From: Lama guanicoe
Taxonomy: Eukaryota
Assembly (NCBI GenBank): GCA_013239625.1
Contig: MU053917.1
Coordinates: forward strand, 20,170 to 84,169
DNA length: 64,000 nucleotides
Direction of reading: 5' to 3'
This document shows positions 24,460 to 37,766 of this stretch, one piece after another. The translations under genes and the position numbers were made by a program. How positions within the stretch are numbered: the first letter of the stretch is position 1; each line of letters starts with the position of its first letter. The notes under the pieces were generated by a model. That model was not told the origin of the DNA and did no database searches. It saw nothing but the letters and a program-made list of their open reading frames with translations.

Positions 24460-24615
24460 TAATTTGGGAGTCTGAGATTTGCAAATGATAACCACTATAT
24501 ATATATATATATATAGAGAGACTATATTCTATATCTTGTAATAACCTTTAATGAAAAAGAATATTAAAACAAATAGATGTGTGTGTATATATATATATAT
24601 GTATTTATGTATATA
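24460..24615 (+). mobile_element. LINE-1 3' end fragment with (TA)n
   Basis: tttgggagtctgagatttgcaaatgataaccactatat ... tatcttgtaataacctttaatgaaaaagaat. Confidence 0.8.
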
Positions 24616-26034
24616 CCAAGAGAAATGACTGGAGCCTGGACTAGAAACAGCCCTGTCGGCATGAGCAGCATCCTCTCTGCTCACAGACAGGCTTATGTAG
24701 GAATCAGGAGGTTGCTGGGTGAGCACGGAATCGAGAGTTTCAGATGAATGAAGTAGAAGGACCCCCTGCTGGGACAGCAGGATGCCCCAGTTCACTTCAG
24801 ATCCAAGTGTTAAATTTTAGTTTAGCTTTCACATAGTCACCTTGCATCTCTCATGTTCAAGTTTTTAGGGGCCCAGTCACCCTCCAGTGTTTATCGGCCT
24901 GCAGAAGAGGATCTGGGTTAAGAACAGAAATAGTTTCGGTAGTATAGTGTTAAGCAGCAGCAAGAAGCCACTACATGTAATTTGGACCTTTTTTTTTTTT
25001 TTTTGCACTACCAGATGCTTTTTCTTAGCAGCTTTCACTTTTATTTGCACTGGCCAGAGAGAACAGACTGGCCTCTCTCAGGGCTGAACCCACCTTGTGG
25101 TGTTTGCTTTGCGGTACATTTTTCTAACTGGGCATGTCACATGAAAAGCATTTGTAAGTCTGGGTTCCTGGCTGCCATCGTGAAGGCATGCACAGAGGTG
25201 TCTGGGTATCGCAGTGATTCTTCTAATGACTATAACTGAGATGCTAGACAGGATGTAAAGCATCCTTCAGACGACCTGGGAGAACAGTGACAAGTCCCAG
25301 AATGCTAAATAATAGAAGAGAAAATGGCAAGCTTGAAAGGTAGGTGCCCAAATTAGACTTCACCTTACAGTTGTATGTGAAGGTGCAATTCCATTTTCTG
25401 CTAAAGGAGGCACAGCCCAGAGTAGAAGGACGTGAAGTCTGTGTTCTGCTGGAGCTGGAGAGGAGGAGAGGAGCCTCCCCTCAGCCAGAAACCTGGAAGC
25501 CACCTGGAAGCAAGCTCAGTCCACAAAGAGTGAAGCCATCTTGTCTTCGTTAACCTGAGCCTGGGTAGAGGAGAAAAAAAGGTTCCCTTGAAAATCTGAG
25601 TTGGCCTTAAACAGGTTTTGCAACTAGAATTCATGCTATCTGTGCGGTCAAACCCCAGATGGAGAATTTAATGTGAGATAGTCCCAGGATGACAGTGAAC
25701 TCGGTAAGCAATAGGCAGAAACAGGTTTTTTGAAAATACGAAACTTCGCATAAGGAGTAAATAATTTCTAAGATATTTTTCAAGTTATACTTCAAAAAAA
25801 TGATGTGTTTGAGGTAAAAAAAAATTATCAATATATACCACAAGTGAGAGCCAGCAAAATAAACAGAAGACGCAGGAGAGTCACAGCCATAAAAGCTACA
25901 GTTACTGGACTTATCAGACATAAATATAAAAAATAATTTTCTGTGATATGTTTTAAGAGTTAAGAAAGGCTTGAAAAATGTTAGCGATGAAAAAGACATT
26001 AAAAACAGCACAATTTAAAGTGACCCAAATATCT

Positions 26035-26200
26035 ACTATATATACAACAGATGAACAATAAGGTCCGGCTGTATAGCACAAGGAATTATATTCAATATCT
26101 TGTAATAACCTATAATGAAAAAGAATATGAAAAGGAAAATATATATACATATAAACTGAATCACTGTGCCGTATACCAGAAACTAATACAGCATTGTTAA
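26035..26200 (+). mobile_element. LINE-1 3' end fragment
   Basis: aacaataaggtccggctgtatagcacaaggaattatattcaatatcttgtaataacctataatgaaaaagaatatg. Confidence 0.85.
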
Positions 26201-29200
26201 TCACCGTTAGCCCATCTGGGGCATTTTTATAAATTACACGAAGGGCCGGAAGGCTACTTGGAGAGGCACCTTTTTCACTTTGCCCGGGACGTGCTTTGTC
26301 CACCCCGGGACGACTGGCCGTGACTGCCGGCCTGGTGAGGGGGAGGGGAGTTGGATTTCAGTCTCACTTGCACCCCTCCTCCCAGCGCCTTTGTAGAGAC
26401 CATAAGCTGTACGTTGCACGCAGGGGCTCTGAAAAGGCGAGCTGAGAGCCATGATCCGTGTGGCAGGTAAGTGATACGCACTTAGCACAAGTGCTCATAC
26501 AGAAAGGGTGGATATGTGTATGTGGGTGTGTTTGTGTGTCCACGTGTGTTTGTAGAACCGTGTCTCTATGAACCTCTCACCCCACCTCCTTAAGAAGGTG
26601 GAAGGTGTGCTTTGGGAAACTCCTGCATCCTGGTCTGTGTACCCTCTGTGTCGCGTGCCTTGCTGCTGGAAGTGGGGCTTTTGTTACTGCCCAGAGGAAT
26701 TCCTTCAACTCTGCAGCCTCATTCTATGCAGTGTCCTTAGCAGTCGCAAGTCTGGGCCAAACCCGGGCACTCAGACCCGTTCTTCTCCCTCAGCGTCCTC
26801 TCTGACAAGTGCGGGCTCTGACCGCACATGCACCTTGCAGTCCGCCTGGTTCTCCTCCACGCCACAGCAGCCCAGTGTCCCCCACCGAGGTCGTGGGAGT
26901 AGATGCGGTGCTTCGAAGCCCTCCTGACCGGTCAAGAGGGTTTCCGTCTTCACTGGGCCCTGTAGACGGCTTCTCACATTGTTCCAGTGACGCTGAGCTC
27001 CGGGCCCTGCGCCGGGGTTTCTGCTCCAAACACACGGTCCTCCCTCGAGGCATTCGGGAGTTTACTTCCTCAGTGAACATCACTGGGTGTCAAGTCCCGG
27101 GCTGGCGTCCTAGTGTCTGACTTTTCCTGGACATCCTGTGTAGTTCCTCACAACAGACAGATAGGGTGAAGATAAGAAATTACATTTAAATTCCAGAAAC
27201 CATATCGCCAGCTCTGTCCTGACCTCACAGTTAGCGATGTACAGACCTTTCTCTCCTGTGCAGCTTTGCAGTGATATAGTATCAAAAAACCTCAGACGCC
27301 GGTTGCCGTGGTAGTGCGCACCGCCCGTTTGCAGGTCGAGAGGCTGTCCAGGGAGCTGACACGCTGCCGCTGCGCCCTGACCGGGGGCTTACTTGATGCG
27401 TCCTGCTGGTTTCTGTGGGTCACGCTTGTCCCAGCAGCTGGCACTGCACTGCAGAAGCTGGGACAAGTGTTCCCCACGCCGGGCTTCGCCTCCTGATCGT
27501 GCCCTGTTGACGAGCCCCGCCCTCGAAGTACGTACGACCTTCCGTGGGGTTATTTTTCTCTCCACCTGATTAATATGGTTTTGCCCTTTCTTTAATGTTG
27601 AGCAGGAACTTTATTTCTGTTTTTATGTTATTCAGTTTCTCCCTTGATGTGTTTATAAGCTGTGTGCTCCGGTGTCTCAGTTTCCACACCCTGTTCAGCT
27701 ATTTTAAATGTCTTAAAACTTTTAATCTTTGCTCACATTAACATTCACAAAGGTTAAAAAATCAAAGAACATAAAATGCTTTAAGAAACAAATTCATCCA
27801 TTTTTTGTATGCCTGTGTACTGTACTAATTTCAGAATATGTGACTTCAGTGTGATTTTACACGTGTAGATATCTTAAGGATAATAAGAATAGTTTTGCAA
27901 AGAATAAGAAAGTGTATCTTCAGAAAATCATAGTGTTTTTGAAAACAGGCATCCGCTGCCCATCATTTCGGTGGTAACTTTTGTAAATCAGTATTTATGG
28001 AATTCATCTTAATCAAATGTCCTTACATAGGAAGACTGCTGCTTGACGTCAGTCCTCCTCTGTAAGAGACGGCAGGACAGGTTTAGAAATTATGGCAGCC
28101 TCCCTGGCCAGAGGCAGTCACGTGCTACTTAACATTGGTCAAATGGTCTTTCTTTTTTCAAACTGAGTGAAGATGGCGAGAAAGTCCTTGATATTCTTGA
28201 CCTGTTACAGTTTTAAATGTTTAGTCTGAGGATTTCCATTTCAGTCAGGCAGCTAGAGTGGAATAAAATAGAACAGCAAGAAGAATCATGTTTCCTTCAC
28301 TGGCTCTTTCAAGTTCAAGCAGGAGCCTTTAATTTACCACGTGGGCTGGTGAAGGGCCATCTTTGTCTTGAATCAAGAAGGTGTGGACCCCAGGGAAGGT
28401 GGCACCTCTTACTTTTGAACCTGGCACAGGCCGAGTCCTCATAGTTAATCAAAAGCCATTTTATCTGAAGATGAAGAATTTGAACAAAAAGTTACAACAT
28501 CATGCGTCTTAAGGTTATTACCAGAAGAGGCAGAGGTGAAGAGGAGACGGTTATGTAATTTAATAACTATGTAAAGAATATGAGCCTATGGAAGGCGTTA
28601 TACCAGGGACTAAGGGCCGTGGAAAGTCGCCAGACTCCCCTGAGTTTGGCTCTTCCTGTCGGTAAAATGTGGGTGACATGCAGGTCTTACAGGGTGGCTG
28701 GAGGGATGAGGAGTAATGCATTAAATATCCTTGGCACTCCAAACCCTAAAAGGTCACCGTGACTGTTGGAGATGTTTCCCCAGTGTTTAAATCATCTAGG
28801 TCGTCATGCAGACTAATAAATGTGAACAGGAGAGGAAAAAATAATAATAATAATAGTAAAAAAAATGGATGTAGCTAAGGAGTTTGCAGTTTTTTGCAGG
28901 CACTGGGGTCTCGTTGAAGCTTCAGCGCAGGAGTGACTGCCACGCTGTTGCCAGAGCGCAGCTGCCTTGGGACTAGCTTCGGGGGCAGAAACAAGAGCTA
29001 GGCGGGCAGGCTGGAAGGACTGCGATTGCTGTGCTCTTCCGGGGCAGAAGTGGCCGTGGAAGCTTGAACAGGATGGAGGGGAGGGTGGAGTTGTGGAGGA
29101 GGACTGAAGGAAGGAAGGAAGGATGCAAGAGGTAGTAAGGTCATGGAGTCAAAGGCATTACTGCTTCCGCGTTTTCAGGGCCAAGGAACAGAAGACACCA

Positions 29201-30344
29201 GCTCAAGGGCGGGTGGGCATTCAGGTCCAGGGAGAAAACAAGCAAGCTCTGCTGTGGACAGACCAAGTTTGAAGTTCGGTAACAGCACCCACTGGCTGTT
29301 GACACTGGACAGGTCATTTTCTCCAGGGAGGAGCTTTGTCGGGAAAGAATTCCTGTCTTTATCTCTCATGAAGTCGGGAGACCTGTGCACAGCGAGAGAG
29401 AAGGCGTGTTTAGGTCACTTTGCAGAGCTGGGTAGACGGCAGGGACTCTGAGTCAGGCAGCTTCTTCCTGAGAAGCTCTGAGAGGTTGTGTTTCTCACAA
29501 GGGATGAGGCCTCGCGGTTGCTGTGTCCCGCGAAGAAACAAGAGACAAATTTCCTTAATGGTGATACTGCTTATCTTGAGATACTGTTACTTCTGATGTG
29601 CTTACCCTGAGCTACTGGGTCAAACCACTTTCAGAAAATACTCAAAACCTACTTTGAGAACCTGTCTAGGAACACGTGAAGGTCAGGTCCTTCTGTATGT
29701 AGGAAACACTATTATATTTGTTTTACTTATCATTATGTTATATTAGAGAGAAGGTGGGAATGGATGCGTTTGTCAGTGGAGCATGTTTTGAGTGGTGAGA
29801 GATACCGTGAACGCAGTGAGAACATTTAATTCAAACATCCTTTCATGATCTCCGTTGCTTTTTCTGAGATGCCACAGAGGTGTCTGCTTGTGAGTTAATT
29901 TCAGCCACAGCCCATCAGCTTGTAAACACGACAACACAAAGAGAAGACAGGATACGTGTGTGTGTCTGTGTTTGTGTTGATGCACATGCGAGTCTGTCTG
30001 TGGAGACACATGCATTCTCACTCAGTCATGTCCACAGCCTTCGTTTCAGAGAACTGTCTGGGGAGACTTAAAAGCCCACATCAGTGGTCCCATTAGTTTT
30101 GTTTTCCTTTTCGGTTGGAGCTGTCGTGTATCCACAGTCTTCATGGGCTGGATGTACCCTGAGATATTCTTAGCAAAGGGTACCTTTTGTTTCAAACACA
30201 GTCATACACACAGCTTCCAGCTGAACAGAAGGGAAGAAAGATTTCTTGGGGTGTTAGTCAAATACTGTCATTTTTGCCTTGTTATTTTAAAGCCTAGACA
30301 TAGTTTCCAAACAGCATTGAGCAAAAGTAGACTCTCAGGACACT

Positions 30345-30812
30345 CACTTGCGTTCTCAGCAACGTGGACGGACCTGGAGAATGTCATTCGAAGTGAAGTC
30401 AGCCAGAAAGAGAAAGAAAGCTACCATGCGATACCACTCATATGTGGAACCTTAAAAGAAAAAAGAAAAAAGAGGACCCTAAGGAACTCATCTACAAAAT
30501 GGAAACAGACTCGCAGGCAATAAACCATATTATGGTTACCTGGGGAAAGGGGGCAGGAAGGGATAAAGTTGGGAGTTTGAGATTTACAAATGTTAGCCAC
30601 TATATATAAAAATAGATTAAAAAAAAAGTTCCTGCTGTAGAGCACAGGGAACTGTGTTCAATATCTTGTAATAACCTGTAATGAAAAAGAATATGAGAAC
30701 GAATATGTGTATGTATGTATGTGCATGACTGGGGCGCCGTGCTGTACACCAGAAATTGGTACAGTGTAACTAATTATACCTCAATTTAAAATAAATAAAT
30801 TAGGAAAAAAAG
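30345..30812 (+). mobile_element. 5'-truncated LINE-1 3' end with A-rich tail
   Basis: ATWTDLENVIRSEVSQKEK ORF2 end, followed by 3' UTR and A-rich tail. Confidence 0.92.
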
Positions 30813-31395
30813 AAAGAAGAAACTTGCTGTGGACTGTGGGTGGCTGTAAGGCAGAACAACTCCAGCGAGGTTTTACCCTTGTTTGAATTGAGAAACCCTG
30901 TGGCAGCCTCTCAGCCGCTCTTACCTGGTTTACCCTTCATTTCTCTGTCTGGTGGCAGCGAGAACAGACTGAAGCCAGAGCGGCTCAGGGACTGCTGTTG
31001 ACGGCGCGTGTAGCTGCAGCGCGTCGCTCCTGCCTTGCCTTTCCTTGGATTCCAGAGAGACTGCAGAAGGTGAGCGCCTCTGGCCCCTGAGCTGCCATCT
31101 GGTGACTCGCACTGGAACTTGAGCTGGCCTGATCTCTTTCTTCCTCTCTTTCTGCCCCCAGCTTCCTCTCTGAGGCAAAAGGAGGGGGGACTTGAGATAA
31201 AAATGAAAGACAAACAGGGTACCACAGGCCTTCAAGACTTTTCCTGACAATGGCAAACTGTTTGGTCATCCTTTTCCCTTACTTCCTTATAAAGAAGAGG
31301 TAAAATGAGTAGCTACATACAGGAGACAGAAAGGAAAAGAAATCCGGACTCAGGGACAGCTCGTCGGAAACCTTGAGCTTGAAAGTGAAGAACAA

Positions 31396-31724
31396 AGGCT
31401 GGGGAACCTTTTCTTTAAAGGGCCGGAGAGTCAGTCCTTCGGGCCCTGGGGACCCCAGGGTATTCAGATTCATAACGGCTACCGAGTTACGCCTTTGTAG
31501 TGAGAAGGCAGCCTCAGACAACACGGAGACAGACGTGTCTGTGTTCCCACAAAGTGTATTTATGGAAAATTAATTCGAATTTTATAGATTTTCATGTATC
31601 ATGAGTCATGATCTGTTCGATTTTTAAAACCACTGAAAGATGTGAGTATCAATCTTCGTTTGCGGGCCCTGAGAGACAAGTGGTGGGTCGGACGTGGCTC
31701 GTGAACCACAGCCTGCCAACCCCA
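31396..31724 (+). mobile_element. MER58B-like hAT-Charlie MITE
   Basis: ggctggggaaccttttctttaaagggccggagagt ... cacagcctgccaaccccag, with the AT-rich internal part recalled for MER58B. Confidence 0.7.
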
Positions 31725-31774
31725 GGATGAGGAGGAGAATGTGTGCTGTTCATGGGACATTGATGACAATGGCA

Positions 31775-32065
31775 ATAGGTCCCGTTTATTGAGCACTTAC
31801 TGTATACAAGGCATTGTGCCAAGCACTTTACTGTGTCAGCTCGTTTAATCTGGAAGGCAGTTCTGTGTCAGGTGTTCTCAGTTCAAGCCTGAGAACCAGT
31901 TTGGGCTCAGAGAATTTAGGAAGCTTTCCCGGCGTCTCCTTGTTGGTAACTCAGAAGTCTTGTGTTCAACTCTCACCAGGCAGTGCGGCCCTGGGAAAAA
32001 CTCTGCGTCTTTAGATTTTCTGCCCCTCATTTGTAAAATCTTAAGTGTTATTCCTGCTCTCGTTG
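31775..32065. mobile_element. MIR fragments
   Basis: tttattgagcacttactgtat ... gtgccaagcacttta and cctcatttgtaaaat MIR core motifs. Confidence 0.6.
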
Positions 32066-32139
32066 CCTTGTGGTGGTTGTGAGGCGCCTCCAGTTCTGAC
32101 AGCTCTGAAGAGCTGTGCGGCGTTAGGGAGTTAGCACTC

Positions 32140-32285
32140 AGACCGTTGGCCTCGGGGGCAGAGCGCAGGCTTCGCCTGCCCGAGGTCTTGGGTTCAGTCC
32201 CCAGCACCTCCATGAATGAAGTGAGTAAATAAAGAAATACACCTAACTCCCCACCCCAGCAAAAAATAAAACAGAACAAACAAAG
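32140..32285 (+). mobile_element. Camelid-type tRNA-derived SINE with a GC-shifted 5' part
   Basis: gaggtcttgggttcagtccccagcacctccat ... aaatacacctaactcccc and an A-rich tail. Confidence 0.8.
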
Positions 32286-35200
32286 AGTACTGGAATCAAG
32301 TATGAAGTTGTTCTTCCCTCCAGCTCTATAATCCTGTGCATAGCCATTAGCAATGTATTATGATTAGAAAGAAAAAAAATGCTCCCTCAGTCTCGTGGGA
32401 TTAGTGATAAGGCGGTATGGCAACAAATGACAGAGTGTAATTTAAACAGATGATACTGTCAGTAAAGGGAGATACAGCAAAGGAGAGGCAGCAGAGAACA
32501 GCGCAAGTCAGGGAAGAATTCCCTGGACGGGTGAGATGCAGACTAGTTTGAAAGGGTAGCGTAGACTGAACTTTGCCAAAGGGTGTCAATACGTATTCAA
32601 GAACGACAGATATTTGTCAGTGCAAGTTTCCATCACTGACATGAGTGATTGAGTCATTAATGCGATGTACTAAAATTGTTGAATTTTAAAAGAATGTATG
32701 AAAAAAGATAATGTTTAAGAAATCATAAATTGTGCATAGACAAAAAAAAACAAACCTCTAATTTTGCAGTAATGTTCACAAAAGTGGAATATGCTTGTTC
32801 TAGAAACTCAGCATGAGAAGCCGAAGTAGGGTGCAGAGCAATATTCGAGAACAGATTTTTAAGCAGCAGGTAGGTGAGTCCTTAGAGAAGAAAACACTGG
32901 TATCCTGCCAAGGTTTTTGAAAGGAAGGAAGGAACGAGGTCAATTCAGGTTAAAATAAATTCATTTTTAAATTGGACTTTAAAAATGTCCCCCCAAATCA
33001 TGAGTTCAGTCTATAAATACTGCTTAAGAACCTGCTCAGTCTTGGGAACTGTTCTGATGGCTTGGACTCTGTTGATAAACAAAACTGACCAAGACCCCTG
33101 CCCTTGAGGGGCTTAACATCCCTGCAGCGGTGCGGGGGGGTCCCCGTGCTCCCGGCTCTGCGAGGAGCCCCTGCTGCCTTTGTCCCTCGTCACTGCTCAG
33201 GGCATCGCTCGTGGTCTGGAGACAAACACGGGTAGGGAGGCAGAGAATGTTCCCATTTCCGGCTGTGTTCACTTAGATTTGTCCCCATCGCCATGGATGC
33301 GCTCATCACGCTTCATAAAAGTGCTGGCTTAGCTGAAGAAAATGAAGTAGGAGGGGAAGACCATGAAAAAATATGACTAATGTCTAAGTCGAGATGAAAA
33401 GCTCCGAAGAATTTAAACTCTCCCTAGGGGCCCCCCGTCGATTTCTCGACGTCTCCTCGCTCCCCCGCCTTGACCCTGCAGGAGGACCAGCGCTGACTCA
33501 GACAACCTGTGTGTGAACAGAAGAAGCTGCCCGTCCCCCTGGGTGGCCACTGGGGTTTAGGAAGTGGAGTGAGGGCTGGGCTGGACCCTGCTTGCCCCTG
33601 CGTCCAGTGCCTGTGCGTAGGGCACAGCCTGCCCCACCGTCGATGGCAGACTCCCCCTTCCTCCACACGCAAGTGCATGTTTCCAAGTGTGAGCCATGCT
33701 GTCGGACACTGTGCCCCAGGGTCCCAGCAGAACAGTGCATGATGACCTTTGGCCAGACAGACTCAAAAAGCTGACCAGGGCAGCTCTGGAGATCTGAAGC
33801 ATCAGCAAGTTCACAGAATCATGCTGCTGTACTGTGTCCTTAAAAATGGTTTGAGATGGTAGATTTTAGGTTATGTGTGTTTTACCACAATTTTTAAAAA
33901 CTCTGTCCAGGGCAAGTAGGGGTGCAAGGCGGTGCCCCCTTACTGCAGAACTGCAGGCATCTGTTTGTTCCCGAAGCTGTTTTGCTGATATTAATTGTAT
34001 TAGACACGAGCTGACCTCCCAGTGACCAACCATGACTGTTGTAGATGGTGCTGGCTCAACACGAGGGAAGTAACTTTCTAACCGCCTGCTTCCCCACCAA
34101 TGTGCAAAGAAGTACACCCTTTACAGGTAACTGCATGATCTGCTTTATTCACTGACACAGTGTTTATTACTTCTCACGTGAAATTAGCAAGTGCATTTCC
34201 GACGTATCTGACCCAGCTTCATGATAGGAGAATTGCCTCCTTTCTCAGTGATAAAACCCAGTAGAGACTTGAGGAATCACACCCAGTGATACACCCACCC
34301 TATACTGTGGGTATACGAGAGGCTTATGACATGCCTGCCATAAAGCTGGACACTATTAATAAGTTAATTGTCAATGAAATTGGTTCATTAATTGTGGAAA
34401 TCTCCAGTTTCCCCCGAGTCAGGTAGTTAACAGGGATAAAAGATGATCGGTCCCCACTCCGTCCTGCTGTAGAATTCCTGCTGCCTTTATCCATTAGTTT
34501 GATGTGGAAAGTGAGCGCATGTAATTCAGGCTGTGACTGAAAGATGAAGCCCCCGGGAATGCATCGCACCTGAAAGTTAGACCTCACTTCTTCAGGAGAC
34601 ATCCAGCTCGTTCCCCTTAGAAATTACTTTCATCGCCTACTTTCTGGCTTATTAAAAAAACAGATAATTTAGTGCACACACATATAAAGAGCAGCTATGA
34701 TTATTGTCCTTAAGTGATTGTAACATTGTCTTGCATGAGTTTCTGTCTGAAATGTCTGATGCTTTCAGTGGGAAAGCTAGTATACATGGCAGCATACTTT
34801 TAGGGCAATTTGTTACCCTTCTTTTAACTCTGTACAAGACCTAGGGAAGAAATGCCACGTGGAATAGCATATCTGCATGTGTTTTGTGATGAGAAAACCA
34901 TCTATAAACTAACATGGGATTTAAGAGTCAACATATATAATTTAACTTCTCATTGGTTCAAAAAACTGTGATTTATATACCACACTGTACTTTTAACTGA
35001 GCCGAAGCTCTCAGTCATTAACCCCAGTTCCCGTGTTTCATAGTCTGATATGTTCTCCGTTGGGTGTCTGGAGGTTTCTGCTCTACGTGTGAGATCCTGT
35101 GTCGCACCTGCTTTTCCAAACAAATTGCTTGTAGGCAGGAATGGTGTTACCTATACACAAACACATGGATTTACTCCCCAAATGTTATCTGGTCAGAGAG

Positions 35201-37441
35201 CGTTCTGTGTAATCATAGGTACTAAATAATTTTGAATGCTAACGGAGAATATCAAAACCTTTCCATGTTGTACCTCTTCTATCGAATATATTCAAATGTG
35301 GTGTTCGAATCCCAGAGAATCCTCATCATTAGGAAAAACAGGCTGTCACCGTTGTATGTTCTGGTCTTCAAATCAACGTATTGGAGTGAGGACGGGAAGC
35401 AATCCCAGCTTTGTTGGGGCCGCGTTATGGATACAAAGGAAAATGTTTTCTGTTTTGACAGTAGCGCTGTACATGCACTGAATATGGGCTGAGATTTAAC
35501 TAAATCAGAAAAGAGATCAGAAACAGAGTGTTTACAAGAACATTTGTTGCTATTGCATCCTTTTCAAATGGACTTTCTGCAGCAGTCTTTTCTATTTGAA
35601 TTGGATTCAGGTTTTTAAAATGTAAATGACACAGAAACTTAGTAGGAGCAGCTGTAATCATTTATTCATTCAACTTGCATTTTTGAAGACCCACCCTCAG
35701 CCACGCTGTCTGTGAGTTCTGGGCACATAATGGTGAGCAACAGAGGTGCGGGCTCATTGCCAGTGAGAAGGAAGAAGGTATTGACCACATTTAATAAAGC
35801 CAGATGCTGAAATGGGCCAGCGAGTGGGTGAGGGGTGAGCTGGGCTGGATTTTACCATCTGATGTGGAGCCTTGGTTGGATGGATAGGGACCTTCACGCT
35901 CCTGAAAACGTGCGCGGAGTTAACACACAGGCCGTTAGTGGAAGTGCTGACTGAGCGTCTAGGGTGGTTAATCGTTAGAAGAGAGAAGTTTTCCACAATT
36001 ATCCTGACTTGCTGTGTCAGCATCAAGTGGTCCTCAGATCTCACAGAATCCGTCTCCTAATCGTCCAGCCTCACCCCGCAGTCTCTCCCGCCCGCCCATC
36101 TGAGGAGCCCACCCCCTTCGTTCCCTCTCAGAGCAAGCCGTCCGTTTCCTGTATCTCACCGTGCAAGCTTTGTCTTGTGTCCTTACTGCATTTACTCCTT
36201 CGATGTTTTTGTGCCCCCCACCATTCGATTCAAATGCCACGAGGACAAGGCCGATGACTGTTTCCCTCACCTGGGTGTATCCATTGCTCGGTAGCCTGAA
36301 TGGCACGGAGACGTGGCTCAGTAACTCCTCGTTGCAGCTGAAAAACGAGCTGCTAAGTCTGAACACCCACTTTGTGGCTGATCATGGTCACGCAGTGGAG
36401 AGTAATGTCATTCTGAAGTGTGATTCTGTTGAAGTGTGATTCTGTTTTTTTTTTTTCCCTCTGCAAACTTTAGCCTTTCTACAAAATGGGAACTGCCTTT
36501 TATTTTTATTTTGAAAGAGATCGTATGTAAGTATAAAGGGCAATGAAAGGAAGTAACTCTGATGAAGTAAGAAAGTCAAAGAATAGATAAGTAGGATGCT
36601 GTAACATTTCTAAAGGTCCTTTGCATTTTTGCTTTCTGCTTTGGTATTTTCAAAGTTTTAAGGAAAAGTTTTCTGCCATAAGGCCAAGAGGAGTTAGATG
36701 GCTGCCGTCCCCGCTCCCTGAAGACGCACTCGGCCCGTCGTCTCACTCCTTTGTGAGTCCTCTTGGTCTTGTGAAGGTCGGGTGGCTTTTTCTTTTAAGC
36801 CAGATTTGGAGTAGGGCCCTCTTGACGCCCCGCCGCCTCCTTTGGCAACCGTTTCTCCTCTCTTGTGAAAAGAATCTTTTCGGTTGCGTTGTTTACCAGA
36901 AGTCATTTGTAAACATAGATCGCTTTCCCCCCCCCCGCTGGCGTCAGTGTGGCCGTTGAGAGTTCAAACGGGAGATGCGTTCTAAAACGAGAGAATGAAC
37001 TGGGGAGAAGGCCACGTGGTTACATTTTATCTACCAGGTGAGAATTTTAATTTTTTACCCATTGTTTGAATGACTGCATGATCCAAATATATATAAATGT
37101 GGCCTGTGTGCGTACCACTCCCTCGTCAGCTAGGCAGACGGTACGAATTGTTCCCAGGACGTGGCTGCGCTGCTCGGCCCGAGGCCCCACCTGGATACAC
37201 GCTGGTTCCGTGCACGGGTCTGGGTGCGTGTGTAACGGGAAGGTACCCGGGCTGGTTCAAAGGCGAACGCGTGCGAGAAGCCCGGGCCCGTCCAGTCTGC
37301 AGGGCAGTCATGACGCGAGCAGGAAGCGTCTCTGAAGCATAATTCCTGCCTTGCAGCTCGTGAACCTGCGTCCTGTCCTCGTGTCGTACATGCACACCCG
37401 CTTTGTGTCACGGAGGTGGACACGTGTGAGCGTCCGCCCCC

Positions 37442-37766
37442 CCAGGCCGGCCTTGTTCCCTTGTGCTGCACTTCACTGTGCTTCGTAGATACTGGGGCGT
37501 TTTTTGTTTTGTTTTGTTTTGTTCTCACGAATTGCAGGTTTGTGACAACTCTGCGTTGTCAGAGGACGGTTAGCATTTTTTATCAATAAAATTTAATTTC
37601 TAGGTTAAGGCAGGTGCACTGTGTTTTAGAGCTCGTTACTGTTGCAGACTTTGACGGACTGCAGTGTGCTGTGAACAGGACTTTGTGTGTCCGGGAAGCC
37701 GGGGAGCGCGTGTGAGTCGCCGTGCATCCCGCGCCCCACCTGCCGCGTCTCCGCGGGCGGCTGTCT
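37442..37766 (+). mobile_element. Tigger1-derived MITE, strongly GC-shifted
   Basis: gcttcgtagatactg ... aattgcaggtttgtgacaactctgcg ... ggttagcattttttatcaataaa match recalled Tigger1 ends. Confidence 0.75.
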
